The notes beneath the pieces were generated by a model. It ran no database searches and was not told where the DNA came from. It saw nothing but the letters and a program-made list of their open reading frames with translations. Positions 38,344 to 46,619 of a stretch of 64,000 bases of DNA are shown here, piece after piece. Numbering within the stretch: the stretch's first letter is position 1; each line of letters begins with the position of its first letter. The DNA is taken from the IMG/VR virus record IMGVR_UViG_3300027714_000001, positions 42,180-106,179 of that record; one strand, given 5' to 3'. The DNA comes from a virus. Both the position numbers and the translations under genes were made by a program.

Positions 38344-38601
38344 TTATGCGTGTTTCTTGCGATTTTTAGCTCTTTTTCTATTATTTGTTTTGGCAACATC
38401 TTTTTTCTCCTTTTTGTGAAATTTTAAATAGCATTCGTATACGCTTAAATATTCTTCGGCTTCCTGATTTACATAGTTTTTACCTTCAAGATAGACGCAA
38501 ACGGATGCCTCTTGCTTGTATGTTTCCCAATAATTGGCAACGGCTTCAAGGCTAGTAAATACACCATGAACTTCTAGATACTCTAGTGCAACATAAATCA
38601 T
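38344..38601 (-). CDS. hypothetical pre-early protein
   Basis: Directly follows the upstream stop. Confidence 0.6.
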   Translation of the reverse strand: MIYVALEYLEVHGVFTSLEAVANYWETYKQEASVCVYLEGKNYVNQEAEEYLSVYECYLKFHKKEKKDVAKTNNRKRAKNRKKHA

Positions 38602-38603
38602 TA

Positions 38604-39116
38604 TTAATGACCCTCAAAAGGTACGTTTATAGATTGCATACCGATTTTAATAACGGCTTTGCAGTTTGCTAAATTATCATCAATCAAAACCATTTTTTCC
38701 AATTGGCGAAAATCAAAACGGCTAATTAAGTGTGTAGTTTTTAAGTGGTAATCTCTGCGAGAATCATTTTCACCACATCGCGCCATAATTGATTTAGGCT
38801 TTACGTTATTATTAGCTAACCAAGCTTTTGTGTTATCACACATTACGCGAGCTGTACATATATGAAAATCAACTCCCGCTTCCTGTAGTAAGTGAATTGC
38901 CTTAATTAATGGTAAAGCTTTATCTTTTGATACATGTTCGGCGGTTGACATTTCGCGGTACTTGTCAAGGTTTAATGAACCGTCTTTGTTGCAAATCTGT
39001 CTATGACTTGCATCGGCAAAAACTCCGTCCATATCAAAAACAGGAACTTTTTTCGCCATGATTAGGGTAGCGGCTAATTGAGTTGCTGACTTTTTGTTAT
39101 TTTGTAGTGTAAACAT
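38604..39116 (-). CDS. HAD phosphatase (PseT C-terminal/dmp-like role)
   Basis: VFDMDGV, TAR, K and LIDDN motifs. Confidence 0.8.
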   Translation of the reverse strand: MFTLQNNKKSATQLAATLIMAKKVPVFDMDGVFADASHRQICNKDGSLNLDKYREMSTAEHVSKDKALPLIKAIHLLQEAGVDFHICTARVMCDNTKAWLANNNVKPKSIMARCGENDSRRDYHLKTTHLISRFDFRQLEKMVLIDDNLANCKAVIKIGMQSINVPFEGH

Positions 39117-39669
39117 ATTTTTTATTCTCTTTATTAATTCAGTGTAAGTATTATATCGCGTTTGGCGGGTGGAGTCAACCTTTTATTCAATAAAATTATC
39201 AATAAAATCATCGGCATCTTCTATGCTTTTAAAGTTAGCTATGACTTCGTCTTTTTCGTTTATAACTTCGTAGATTCCGTTGTTCAAAAATTTATACATT
39301 TAAAGTTTTCCTAGTTATTCAATACAAGTATTATCTCATAAAAGTATCGTGTTGTCCACCGCTATTTTAGTATATGGCATACTAAAAAGTTATTTGACAA
39401 AAACCGGAAAGCCGCGCGCAGCGTTGCCGCCCCTGTCAACCTTTATTTTAAATATATTCCCAGATATATTTAGACTCAAAATATTCTTCGGTTTCCACAC
39501 AATTTTTAGTATTGCAATAGTGGTCTGCATCTTGCCATTTTTCAAAAGTCAAGAACTCATTTTCTCGCTCAATTACTTCGTTGCGGCTTAAGGTTAATAA
39601 ACTTACCCGTACCATATTAAATTCTCCAAAAAAAAAAAAAAGCCCGAGGCGAACGCCCCGAGCATATTA

Positions 39670-39993
39670 TTAAGCTTCTACCAGAGCCTGCACAGCATCT
39701 AGGATGGTTTCAAGATCAGATTTTGATGCCTTCTCAAAGCTGGTAACTTCTTCAACACCTAGCAAGTCAGAGATTGCTTGCACTAGGGTGATTTTACGAA
39801 CCGCCCTGCTAACGCTAGGGGATGCGCTTTTTGCTTTAGCAACATAAACACCTTCGGCAACAAGCTTGCCACGTACTTGCGGGATAGTCTTGCCCATGTC
39901 TTTAGCGATAGTTGCAATTGCAACGCCTTCCTGATACTTAGCAGTCATAGCGGCAACAGATTCGGTAGTATAAGCGGTAGATTTAGTAGTCAT
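39670..39993 (-). CDS. second T5 A2/D3-like protein
   Basis: IAKDMGKTIPQVRGKLVAEGVY...RKITLV...EKASKSDL; clear paralog of 34798-35160. Confidence 0.75.
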   Translation of the reverse strand: MTTKSTAYTTESVAAMTAKYQEGVAIATIAKDMGKTIPQVRGKLVAEGVYVAKAKSASPSVSRAVRKITLVQAISDLLGVEEVTSFEKASKSDLETILDAVQALVEA

Positions 39994-40119
39994 ATTATTT
40001 TTACTCTCTTTAGTTATTTAGAACGTTTATTATAATTCAATTCGGTTGTTAAGTCAATCTTTATTTTAATTCTTTTTTGTAATCTTTTTAATTCGTTTCC
40101 CTGATTTCTTAAAGCTATT

Positions 40120-40449
40120 TTACCATGTTTTATTGGTAGCTGTCAAGTGCATTTCGTAACTTTCTTTAATTTCTTTTCTAGCGGCTTGCTTAGAAAAGAA
40201 AGCTCGTAAACAAACTATTGCAGAAAAGCTAGGAATAACCACAATACAAGATAATAATTGAAAAACAGTCATTTCTAATCCTTGTTTTAAGATATACATT
40301 ATATCACCATAAAGTCCTGTAGTCGAGTCTTTTAATAGATTAAAAATGCTTTTATGATAAATCGCCCTTGGCGAGTTTCCCTCTGGCGTAAAATTTGGGT
40401 TTAACAAAGCTTCGGCATATGCCTTATCTGTAAATTCTTTAAAAGTCAT
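40120..40449 (-). CDS. hypothetical membrane-anchored protein
   Basis: One hydrophobic segment; own cassette promoter. Confidence 0.6.
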   Translation of the reverse strand: MTFKEFTDKAYAEALLNPNFTPEGNSPRAIYHKSIFNLLKDSTTGLYGDIMYILKQGLEMTVFQLLSCIVVIPSFSAIVCLRAFFSKQAARKEIKESYEMHLTATNKTW

Positions 40450-40565
40450 GGGGTTCTTCCTAGTTATTCAATACAAGTATTATCTCATAAAAGTATTGTG
40501 TGGTCTAATAACATTTTCGCATAAGCTTAGATCAAAATGATCTTGACAGCGGCGGCGAGCCGCGC

Positions 40566-40637
40566 GCACCTAATATTTGCACCTAATATTTGCACCTAAT
40601 ATTTGCACCTAATATTTGCACCTAATATTTGCACCTA
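40566..40637. repeat. 13-bp tandem repeat, 5.5 copies
   Basis: GCACCTAATATTT. Confidence 0.95.
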
Positions 40638-40898
40638 TAAGTTTTGTACATAAGTAGTCCCAAACTCAAGAGGGATCTGCCCCGTCTTTTTGTTGATGAA
40701 ATTTTGAACGATTGGCTGAAAATCGAAATTCTTAGCAATGCTCTTATATACCCCCACATCGGTCAAATCTGCAAGCACGTTAGCCGCTACAAGCTCATTA
40801 AGTATTTTTAGACCCTTAGTTACACTATCAACCTTAAACGTCTTAGAAGGCATCCTAGAGCTTGATTCTGAAAAAACCCGAATTGCTATTGTTGACAT
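40635..40898 (-). CDS. hypothetical protein
   Basis: AAGGGG RBS. Confidence 0.6.
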   Translation of the reverse strand: MSTIAIRVFSESSSRMPSKTFKVDSVTKGLKILNELVAANVLADLTDVGVYKSIAKNFDFQPIVQNFINKKTGQIPLEFGTTYVQNL

Positions 40899-40947
40899 AT
40901 GTTATACCCTTTAGTTATATTAAATTCATGCCCATTGGCACAATAAA

Positions 40948-40976
40948 TCCTAAACGAGAATGGTTCTCGTTTAGGA
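40948..40976. promoter_or_regulatory. Fur-box-like palindrome
   Basis: TCCTAAACGAGAA-TGG-TTCTCGTTTAGGA. Confidence 0.5.
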
Positions 40977-40989
40977 GTGACCCACCTTT

Positions 40990-41460
40990 TTAGATACTTG
41001 TCAATAATTCATTTATCAATTTATTGATTCTATCAATGTCAAGGTCAATATTATTTAATTCAAATTTTTCTTGCTTTTTATTATATATCACTTGTAACGC
41101 TTTGTGTACCGTTTTTTCGTATTTGCCATTTATTTCTTCAAGTTTCTTCGTAAGTTCTTTACGAGCTTTTGAGCAGCTTTCTAGCGCGTATTTATCTGCC
41201 AGATTATTAAATTCAACATCATCCGTTATAACAAAAACAGTCACTAATGAGTCACTATCAACCAAAACGTTATAACGTCTTAGTGCTTGATATGGGTGAA
41301 AAGATTTACCCACTTTGCAAGCCCATTTTATGTTATTTTTGCCCAAAAAACTACCCACCGGCACTGAATATATGGTGTTAGCTAATTTGCCTATTTTGTG
41401 ATCAGATTGGTGATTTTTTAGGCTTTTTTGGATTGCTCGTATTTTCATCGTTTTTCTCAT
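40990..41460 (-). CDS. hypothetical protein downstream of the sigma54-type promoter
   Basis: 156-aa ORF with C-terminal coiled coil. Confidence 0.65.
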   Translation of the reverse strand: MRKTMKIRAIQKSLKNHQSDHKIGKLANTIYSVPVGSFLGKNNIKWACKVGKSFHPYQALRRYNVLVDSDSLVTVFVITDDVEFNNLADKYALESCSKARKELTKKLEEINGKYEKTVHKALQVIYNKKQEKFELNNIDLDIDRINKLINELLTSI

Positions 41461-41487
41461 TTAATTGATTAGGTATTACCTATATAA

Positions 41488-41690
41488 TGCAACCTACGTG
41501 CCAAGTTGCAAAATAGGTAAGTCGTTGATTTATAAGGGTTTTTATATTCTAGCTAATTGAATAGTTGGCATGATGACATTTTATGCACCTGAATAGTGCA
41601 ATGATTCCTGATTATAGTGCACCACTTTGGTAAGTCGTTGATTTATAAGGGTTTTTAACCTTTTTGAGATGCACCAAAAACTGACATACC
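41488..41690 (-). promoter_or_regulatory. sigma54 promoter with IHF sites and NtrC-like enhancer
   Basis: rc TGGCAC-GTAGG-TTGCA (41503-41488); IHF AATCAACGACTTA (rc 41518-41530 and 41631-41643); TGCAC-N7-GTGCA (41584-41600). Confidence 0.7.
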
Positions 41691-41780
41691 AAAAACACAA
41701 AAAACGTGTTAAGTCTAATAACAAATTAATCAAAAAATAAACAAAAAAGTATTGGACATTTGAAAATCATAGCAAAAAAC

Positions 41781-41922
41781 TTATCCACAGGTTATCCACA
41801 CACTTATACATCTGGGGATAAAAAGCGGCTTTTTAAAATGTCAACCTTTTATTTTAGCTCTCTCAGTGAGTTATACAGAACTTACCCACAGGGTTATCCA
41901 CAGGCTGTTGGGTTGTGGGTAA
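41781..41922. promoter_or_regulatory. DnaA-box cluster
   Basis: TTATCCACA at 41781, 41792, 41894; one-mismatch boxes at 41813(rc), 41871, 41882, 41914(rc). Confidence 0.8.
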
Positions 41923-42105
41923 CCTGTTAGCAACAAAAAACCTCCAATATAAACGCCCTGTACGGTCGCTGGTGGCATTATCTCTTAGCAGTCTTATTGA
42001 TACAAAGGGTAGGGCTAAACGCGCACACTAATCTAAATGATTACCATTCGCATTTGGCGGCGCGGGCGCGATGCGGGCTGTAGAGCATCGCTACAGCCCG
42101 CGCCC

Positions 42106-42279
42106 TTAAAGGGCGGTAGACTGCCCCAACAGCTTATACGTTATTTTCTCAACCCTATCTTCATGTATACCATATTGATCTAAATAGCTCTTTTGAGCGT
42201 CTACAAGTGTGTTGCCTTCAGCCGTTGCAACGTGCATTCTGCCACCAATTAAATTTGTTGTGAATTGATAAACTTTCAT
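42106..42279 (-). CDS. small hypothetical protein (57 aa, MKVYQFTTNLIGG...)
   Basis: AAGGT RBS; below the ORF-track cutoff. Confidence 0.5.
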   Translation of the reverse strand: MKVYQFTTNLIGGRMHVATAEGNTLVDAQKSYLDQYGIHEDRVEKITYKLLGQSTAL

Positions 42280-42355
42280 ATTTTGCTACCTTTTAAAATT
42301 TTCTGGTTAAACCGAATTGTTTAACCAGACCTATATCCTACAGCGCTCGGGTACC

Positions 42356-42553
42356 TTAGTCAAGTAAATGTTTAAAGTTATTTCCAGATATGTCTGCTTT
42401 AGTTCTTAGGTAAACATTTTTATTTGTGGTACTTTTACCTGCCTGTATATCTTTGCGGATATTTGACCAGTCAAATGCTACCACGTCAACGAAATATTCC
42501 GCCAATTCGATTTTTCCAGATTCTAGTATTAGGTAGTAATTAGTTGCTTTCAT
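42356..42553 (-). CDS. small pre-early protein
   Basis: Preceded by the 38-bp repeated promoter/RBS cassette. Confidence 0.7.
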   Translation of the reverse strand: MKATNYYLILESGKIELAEYFVDVVAFDWSNIRKDIQAGKSTTNKNVYLRTKADISGNNFKHLLD

Positions 42554-42740
42554 TTTCTTTACTCTTTATTTATTCGATGAGGTATTATCTCAGGTTCTAA
42601 TCTATTGTGCAAGTACAAATGTCAAAAAAGCGGATAAAAAACATAGTGTACTAAAAAAGTTTTGTTCGCCTTGTTTGTCCGAAGTAACACACATTATGCC
42701 AAAAACTATAGTAAATAATAAAGCAGTTATAAACATAATT

Positions 42741-42938
42741 TTAACCTTTACAAAATGCGGCAGATGCCTTAAATGTCATGTCATAATTTACAACCATATC
42801 CATCTCGCAAACCGCTCTCTGGTGAACTTCGATTCCGGATTTTCCCAATCCTAGTGAAGTACCAAAAACGGCAGCTATATACATAACAGATAAAAGTACT
42901 ATGACCTGAGCGATTGACTTCATTATTAGTGTTTTCAT
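42741..42938 (-). CDS. small membrane pre-early protein
   Basis: Same cassette; N-terminal TM. Confidence 0.7.
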   Translation of the reverse strand: MKTLIMKSIAQVIVLLSVMYIAAVFGTSLGLGKSGIEVHQRAVCEMDMVVNYDMTFKASAAFCKG

Positions 42939-42985
42939 TTTCTTTACTCTTTATTTATTCGATGAGGTATTATTGCATTCTAATG

Positions 42986-43219
42986 CTAGATTGTAAAGGG
43001 TATTTTTGAATTTTCTTCCCAATTATTATTAAGTTTTTTATTTTGGTTAAATCTATCAGAATCAAAATTAGCCGCAATGGTAATGTACTGGTGTTGGTGA
43101 AACGCGGTAGCAAAAAGACCCTTATCAAAACAGTCACGCAAAAACTCAAGACTTTCAAGTCTTGACAAATTACGGGTAGTGGTATTTTCGGTTTTTACTG
43201 CAAATTCGTTGTCATTCAT
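42986..43219 (-). CDS. small pre-early protein
   Basis: Same cassette. Confidence 0.7.
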   Translation of the reverse strand: MNDNEFAVKTENTTTRNLSRLESLEFLRDCFDKGLFATAFHQHQYITIAANFDSDRFNQNKKLNNNWEENSKIPFTI

Positions 43220-43464
43220 TTTCTTTACTCTTTATTTATTCGATGAGGTATTATTGCACGAAAAGGGTACCTTTGTGAAATACCGAATTGGAATAAGCAC
43301 CTGCTTTTTAGTTATAAGCCGCGCGCAATGGGGGCTGCAGGGGTGCTCTGTAGGGCGGGCGCAATGGGGCCTGCAGAGCATGAAATTAAATGAAATAAAA
43401 GGTTGCTATTATCTGTCAATACTGTATTATTACCTTACTGAAACAAAACGAACCGAGAAGAAAA

Positions 43465-43815
43465 ATGACCACATTCACTATCACAAGATTAACAGAGACA
43501 CAAGCACGAATCATGCCACAAGGCAATCATTTATATTTATGTGAGACCCTGACAAAACTTGGCATGAATTTTGATGGCACCAAGTTCGGAAAGTGTAAAG
43601 CGAAAAACGGCCTATGGGAGCGTCTACGCTCCCATAGTACCAACTGCCCATTTGGTCTAATCATAGTCCTGACGTTCACTACAGAGGCTGCTATGTGTGC
43701 CGCTGAGAGCGCCTGTAAGACTTCTCTACCAACCCTTGCTTGGAATAGCTCAGAACGAGAATATACTTCATTAACCCCTGAGAAGGCTTTACAAGCTCTA
43801 TTACGTAACATCTAA
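43465..43815 (+). CDS. T5orf172/GIY-YIG-like protein
   Basis: HLYL...TKFG...ERL..H.T..P...AE...REY pattern. Confidence 0.55.
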   Translation: MTTFTITRLTETQARIMPQGNHLYLCETLTKLGMNFDGTKFGKCKAKNGLWERLRSHSTNCPFGLIIVLTFTTEAAMCAAESACKTSLPTLAWNSSEREYTSLTPEKALQALLRNI

Positions 43816-43836
43816 TAGGGGCGGGGGGGGTTAGGA

Positions 43837-43853
43837 GACTGGTCTGACCAGTC
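43837..43853. promoter_or_regulatory. FadR/GntR-type palindromic box
   Basis: GACTGGTC-T-GACCAGTC; variant GACTGGACCGACCAGTC at ~34666-34682. Confidence 0.5.
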
Positions 43854-43940
43854 CGACCCCCCAGACCCATTTCCAAACGCGATATAGGGTATTTTCAAAA
43901 AAGTGGAGAGGCGCGACAAATATCGGCTGAGGAGACCCTC

Positions 43941-44170
43941 ACTACGGTTCTCTGCGGGACATTAGCGAACGGGGTATACTATTTCTACTACGGTTCTCTG
44001 CGGGACATTAGCGAACGGGGTATACTATTTCTACTACGGTTCTCTGCGGGACATTAGCGAACGGGGTATACTATTTCTACTACGGTTCTTTGCGGGACAT
44101 TAGCGAACGGGGTATACTATTTCTACTACGGTTCTCTGTGGAACATTAGCGAACGGGGTATACTATTTCT
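43941..44170. repeat. 46-bp tandem repeat, 5 copies
   Basis: ACTACGGTTCTCTGCGGGACATTAGCGAACGGGGTATACTATTTCT; extra core copy at 44192. Confidence 0.95.
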
Positions 44171-44242
44171 ACTTTGCAGTAGCCTGAGCCAGGACATTAG
44201 CGAACTGCAGGTAGTTTAACGAAGTTCGCTTAAAATTTTTAC

Positions 44243-44271
44243 TTGACAGGATATTTCTGGAGATGTATAAT
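44243..44271 (+). promoter_or_regulatory. late sigma70 promoter
   Basis: TTGACA-17-TATAAT with TG extension. Confidence 0.85.
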
Positions 44272-44292
44272 GCAAGTATAGAGGAGAAATAC

Positions 44293-44757
44293 ATGGACAA
44301 CGAAATAACCGTGATAAGCCCCGAGGGGTTGGAGATAGCACACTGTTATCTGCAAAATAATAGTGACTCGGTTAAGACTGCCGAATTACTTAATATAGAC
44401 ATTACAGAAGTCGACAGATACTTGTGCAAGCGGGAAGTACGAGGATACATTGATAGACTATTTAACGAATCGGGCTTCCGAAATCGTGATAAGATGGCCA
44501 ATGTTTGGGACGCAATCCTAGCAGCCAAGTTGGAAGAAATGGACGATACAGGTATGGGCTCGTCAAAAGATATTGTAGAGATAATGGAGAAGATTCATAA
44601 ATTTAACCTAGACCAAATGAATATGCAACTAAAAATACTAGAACTGGAGAAATCCAAGGAGCCCGCAGTGGTGGTCAATACGCAGAACAACTACGGTGGG
44701 GCAAATTATAACAGTTTAATGGAAAAGATATTAGCAGGTAAAAATGGAGATAAGTAG
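44293..44757 (+). CDS. terS: terminase small subunit
   Basis: ISPEGLEIA..YL, GFRNRD, KLEE and SSKDI motifs typical of T5-like TerS; GAGGAG RBS. Confidence 0.85.
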   Translation: MDNEITVISPEGLEIAHCYLQNNSDSVKTAELLNIDITEVDRYLCKREVRGYIDRLFNESGFRNRDKMANVWDAILAAKLEEMDDTGMGSSKDIVEIMEKIHKFNLDQMNMQLKILELEKSKEPAVVVNTQNNYGGANYNSLMEKILAGKNGDK

Positions 44758-46036
44758 ACCGTACTTAAATTGTGAAAACATTATAGACTTCCCCGTAGCG
44801 GAGCGTTTTCTAAAGCTACCCGTTGAGAACTTCCTAGAACTAAAAGGCATAGAACCTATAGCGCCCCAGATTGGATTGATAAACGCTATAAACGACCCTA
44901 TACATAGATTTGTAGTCGCCTGTCTATCTCGTAGAACAGGTAAGACATTCATATCTAACACTCTAGCGTTCTTGAAAGCTATGGAACCAAAGTCAAAAGT
45001 ACTGATAGTATCGCCTAACTTCTCATTAACAAACATATCTTGGAATGAGCAGATAACTATGCTTAAAGATCACAACATTGAGATAGAGTCTAAGAACAAG
45101 GCCTTGCGTGAGATACACCTAACAAATGGTTCTATGATAAAGTTTGGGTCATACAATAATCCAGATTCATTAGTAGGACATTCGTACGACTTGATACTAG
45201 TGGACGAAGCAGCCCTAGAGAACAAAGGGGCAGATGTATTCAACGTACAGCTACAGCCTACTCTAGACAAAGCAAACTCTAAATGTATCTTCATAAGTAC
45301 ACCACGAGGTTTGAATTACTTTTATGACTTTTACATGCGAGGGTTTAGCGATGACTACCCTTCTTGGATAAGCATACATTCTACCTACCGTGACAACCCC
45401 AGAAGTGTTTCGAGTGTTATTGAAGAAGCTCGTAAGAGTATGAGTAAGGCTGAATTTAAGCAAGAGTACGAAGCAGACTTTGCAACGTTTGAAGGACAGA
45501 TATACGAAGGGTTTGACGAGGATAAGCATGTACGCGACCTTAGTGACATGGAGTTTCCTGAGCACAGATTTGAAGCTATAATGGGTATTGACCCCGGCTA
45601 CAAGGACGATACAGGGGCTGTAATATTCCAATACGATATGGATGAAGACAAATTTTACTTAATGTGGGATTACCAAGAAAAAGAACGAAATACAGAGCAG
45701 CACGCACTAGAATTTTATAACCGCATGGAAGGCTGGAATGTAGACATAGTGTTCTGCGACAGCGCGGCAGCCCAATTCAGGCAAGACTTAGCTTCCTTAT
45801 ACGACATTCCTAGCAACAAAGCTAACAAGAGTGTACTTGACGGACTAGGGTATGTACAAGCCTTGATAGACAACGACAAGCTAATAGTAGATATTAACTG
45901 TACTCATGTCATCATGATGCTCCTCAACTATCGTTGGGACCCTAACCCAATGCTTGCAAAACCCAAACCGAAGCACGATCAGTTCTCGCACGTTGCGGAT
46001 GCCCTGAGATATGCACTATACAGCTATACTCGTTAG
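44744..46036 (+). CDS. terL: terminase large subunit
   Basis: MEISRPY N-terminus, SRRTGKT Walker A, LVDEAA Walker B, GIDPG, H.ADALRYA. Confidence 0.95.
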   Translation: MEISRPYLNCENIIDFPVAERFLKLPVENFLELKGIEPIAPQIGLINAINDPIHRFVVACLSRRTGKTFISNTLAFLKAMEPKSKVLIVSPNFSLTNISWNEQITMLKDHNIEIESKNKALREIHLTNGSMIKFGSYNNPDSLVGHSYDLILVDEAALENKGADVFNVQLQPTLDKANSKCIFISTPRGLNYFYDFYMRGFSDDYPSWISIHSTYRDNPRSVSSVIEEARKSMSKAEFKQEYEADFATFEGQIYEGFDEDKHVRDLSDMEFPEHRFEAIMGIDPGYKDDTGAVIFQYDMDEDKFYLMWDYQEKERNTEQHALEFYNRMEGWNVDIVFCDSAAAQFRQDLASLYDIPSNKANKSVLDGLGYVQALIDNDKLIVDINCTHVIMMLLNYRWDPNPMLAKPKPKHDQFSHVADALRYALYSYTR

Positions 46037-46147
46037 AGTGCTAATATAATAAACCACTTTACATTTATGAAATCAAATAGTATAATGTACATATGTTGAG
46101 TGGAAAGTTGATAGCTTTACACCCATACCAAGAAAGCGAGGATTTTA

Positions 46148-46609
46148 ATGGCCGCTAATACAAACAAAAGAGTAGCGACAAAGCACATTCGAGACGGAAT
46201 AAAGTCTAACTACAAAAAGAAGTGTGAATGTGAGATTTGTGGAACTGACTCTGAACTAGAGATACATCATTACACAACCGTGTCGTTACTACTGAAAAAA
46301 TATTGCATGGAAAACAAGATACTCATAGTTACAGACGAACAAGTTTTAGCTATGAGAGAAGATTTCTATACAGCACACTGGGACGAACTAGTTGAACAAA
46401 CAGTCACCCTTTGCGCTACGCACCACAAATTACTGCATAAGATATACGGGCGAGAGCCTACACTAGCTTCTGCTGAAAAACAGGTTACTTGGGTGTTAAA
46501 ATTGCATGGACGAACTCACGGCAAGGATGCTGTACCAACCCGATCAGATACTAGATTTGGAAGTCTCCTCGGAGAAACCTCAAACGATAGGTTTTCTAGA
46601 TTAAAATAA
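46148..46609 (+). CDS. T5-type HNH nicking endonuclease
   Basis: IRDGIKS.YKK..CEICG..LEIHH...TLC..HH..LH; between terL and portal. Confidence 0.85.
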   Translation: MAANTNKRVATKHIRDGIKSNYKKKCECEICGTDSELEIHHYTTVSLLLKKYCMENKILIVTDEQVLAMREDFYTAHWDELVEQTVTLCATHHKLLHKIYGREPTLASAEKQVTWVLKLHGRTHGKDAVPTRSDTRFGSLLGETSNDRFSRLK

Positions 46610-46619
46610 GGAGCAACGA

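Noticed and set aside
33991-44170. CRISPR arrays
   Set aside because: The 42-, 33-, 13- and 46-bp repeats are head-to-tail with no unique spacers, and no cas genes are present
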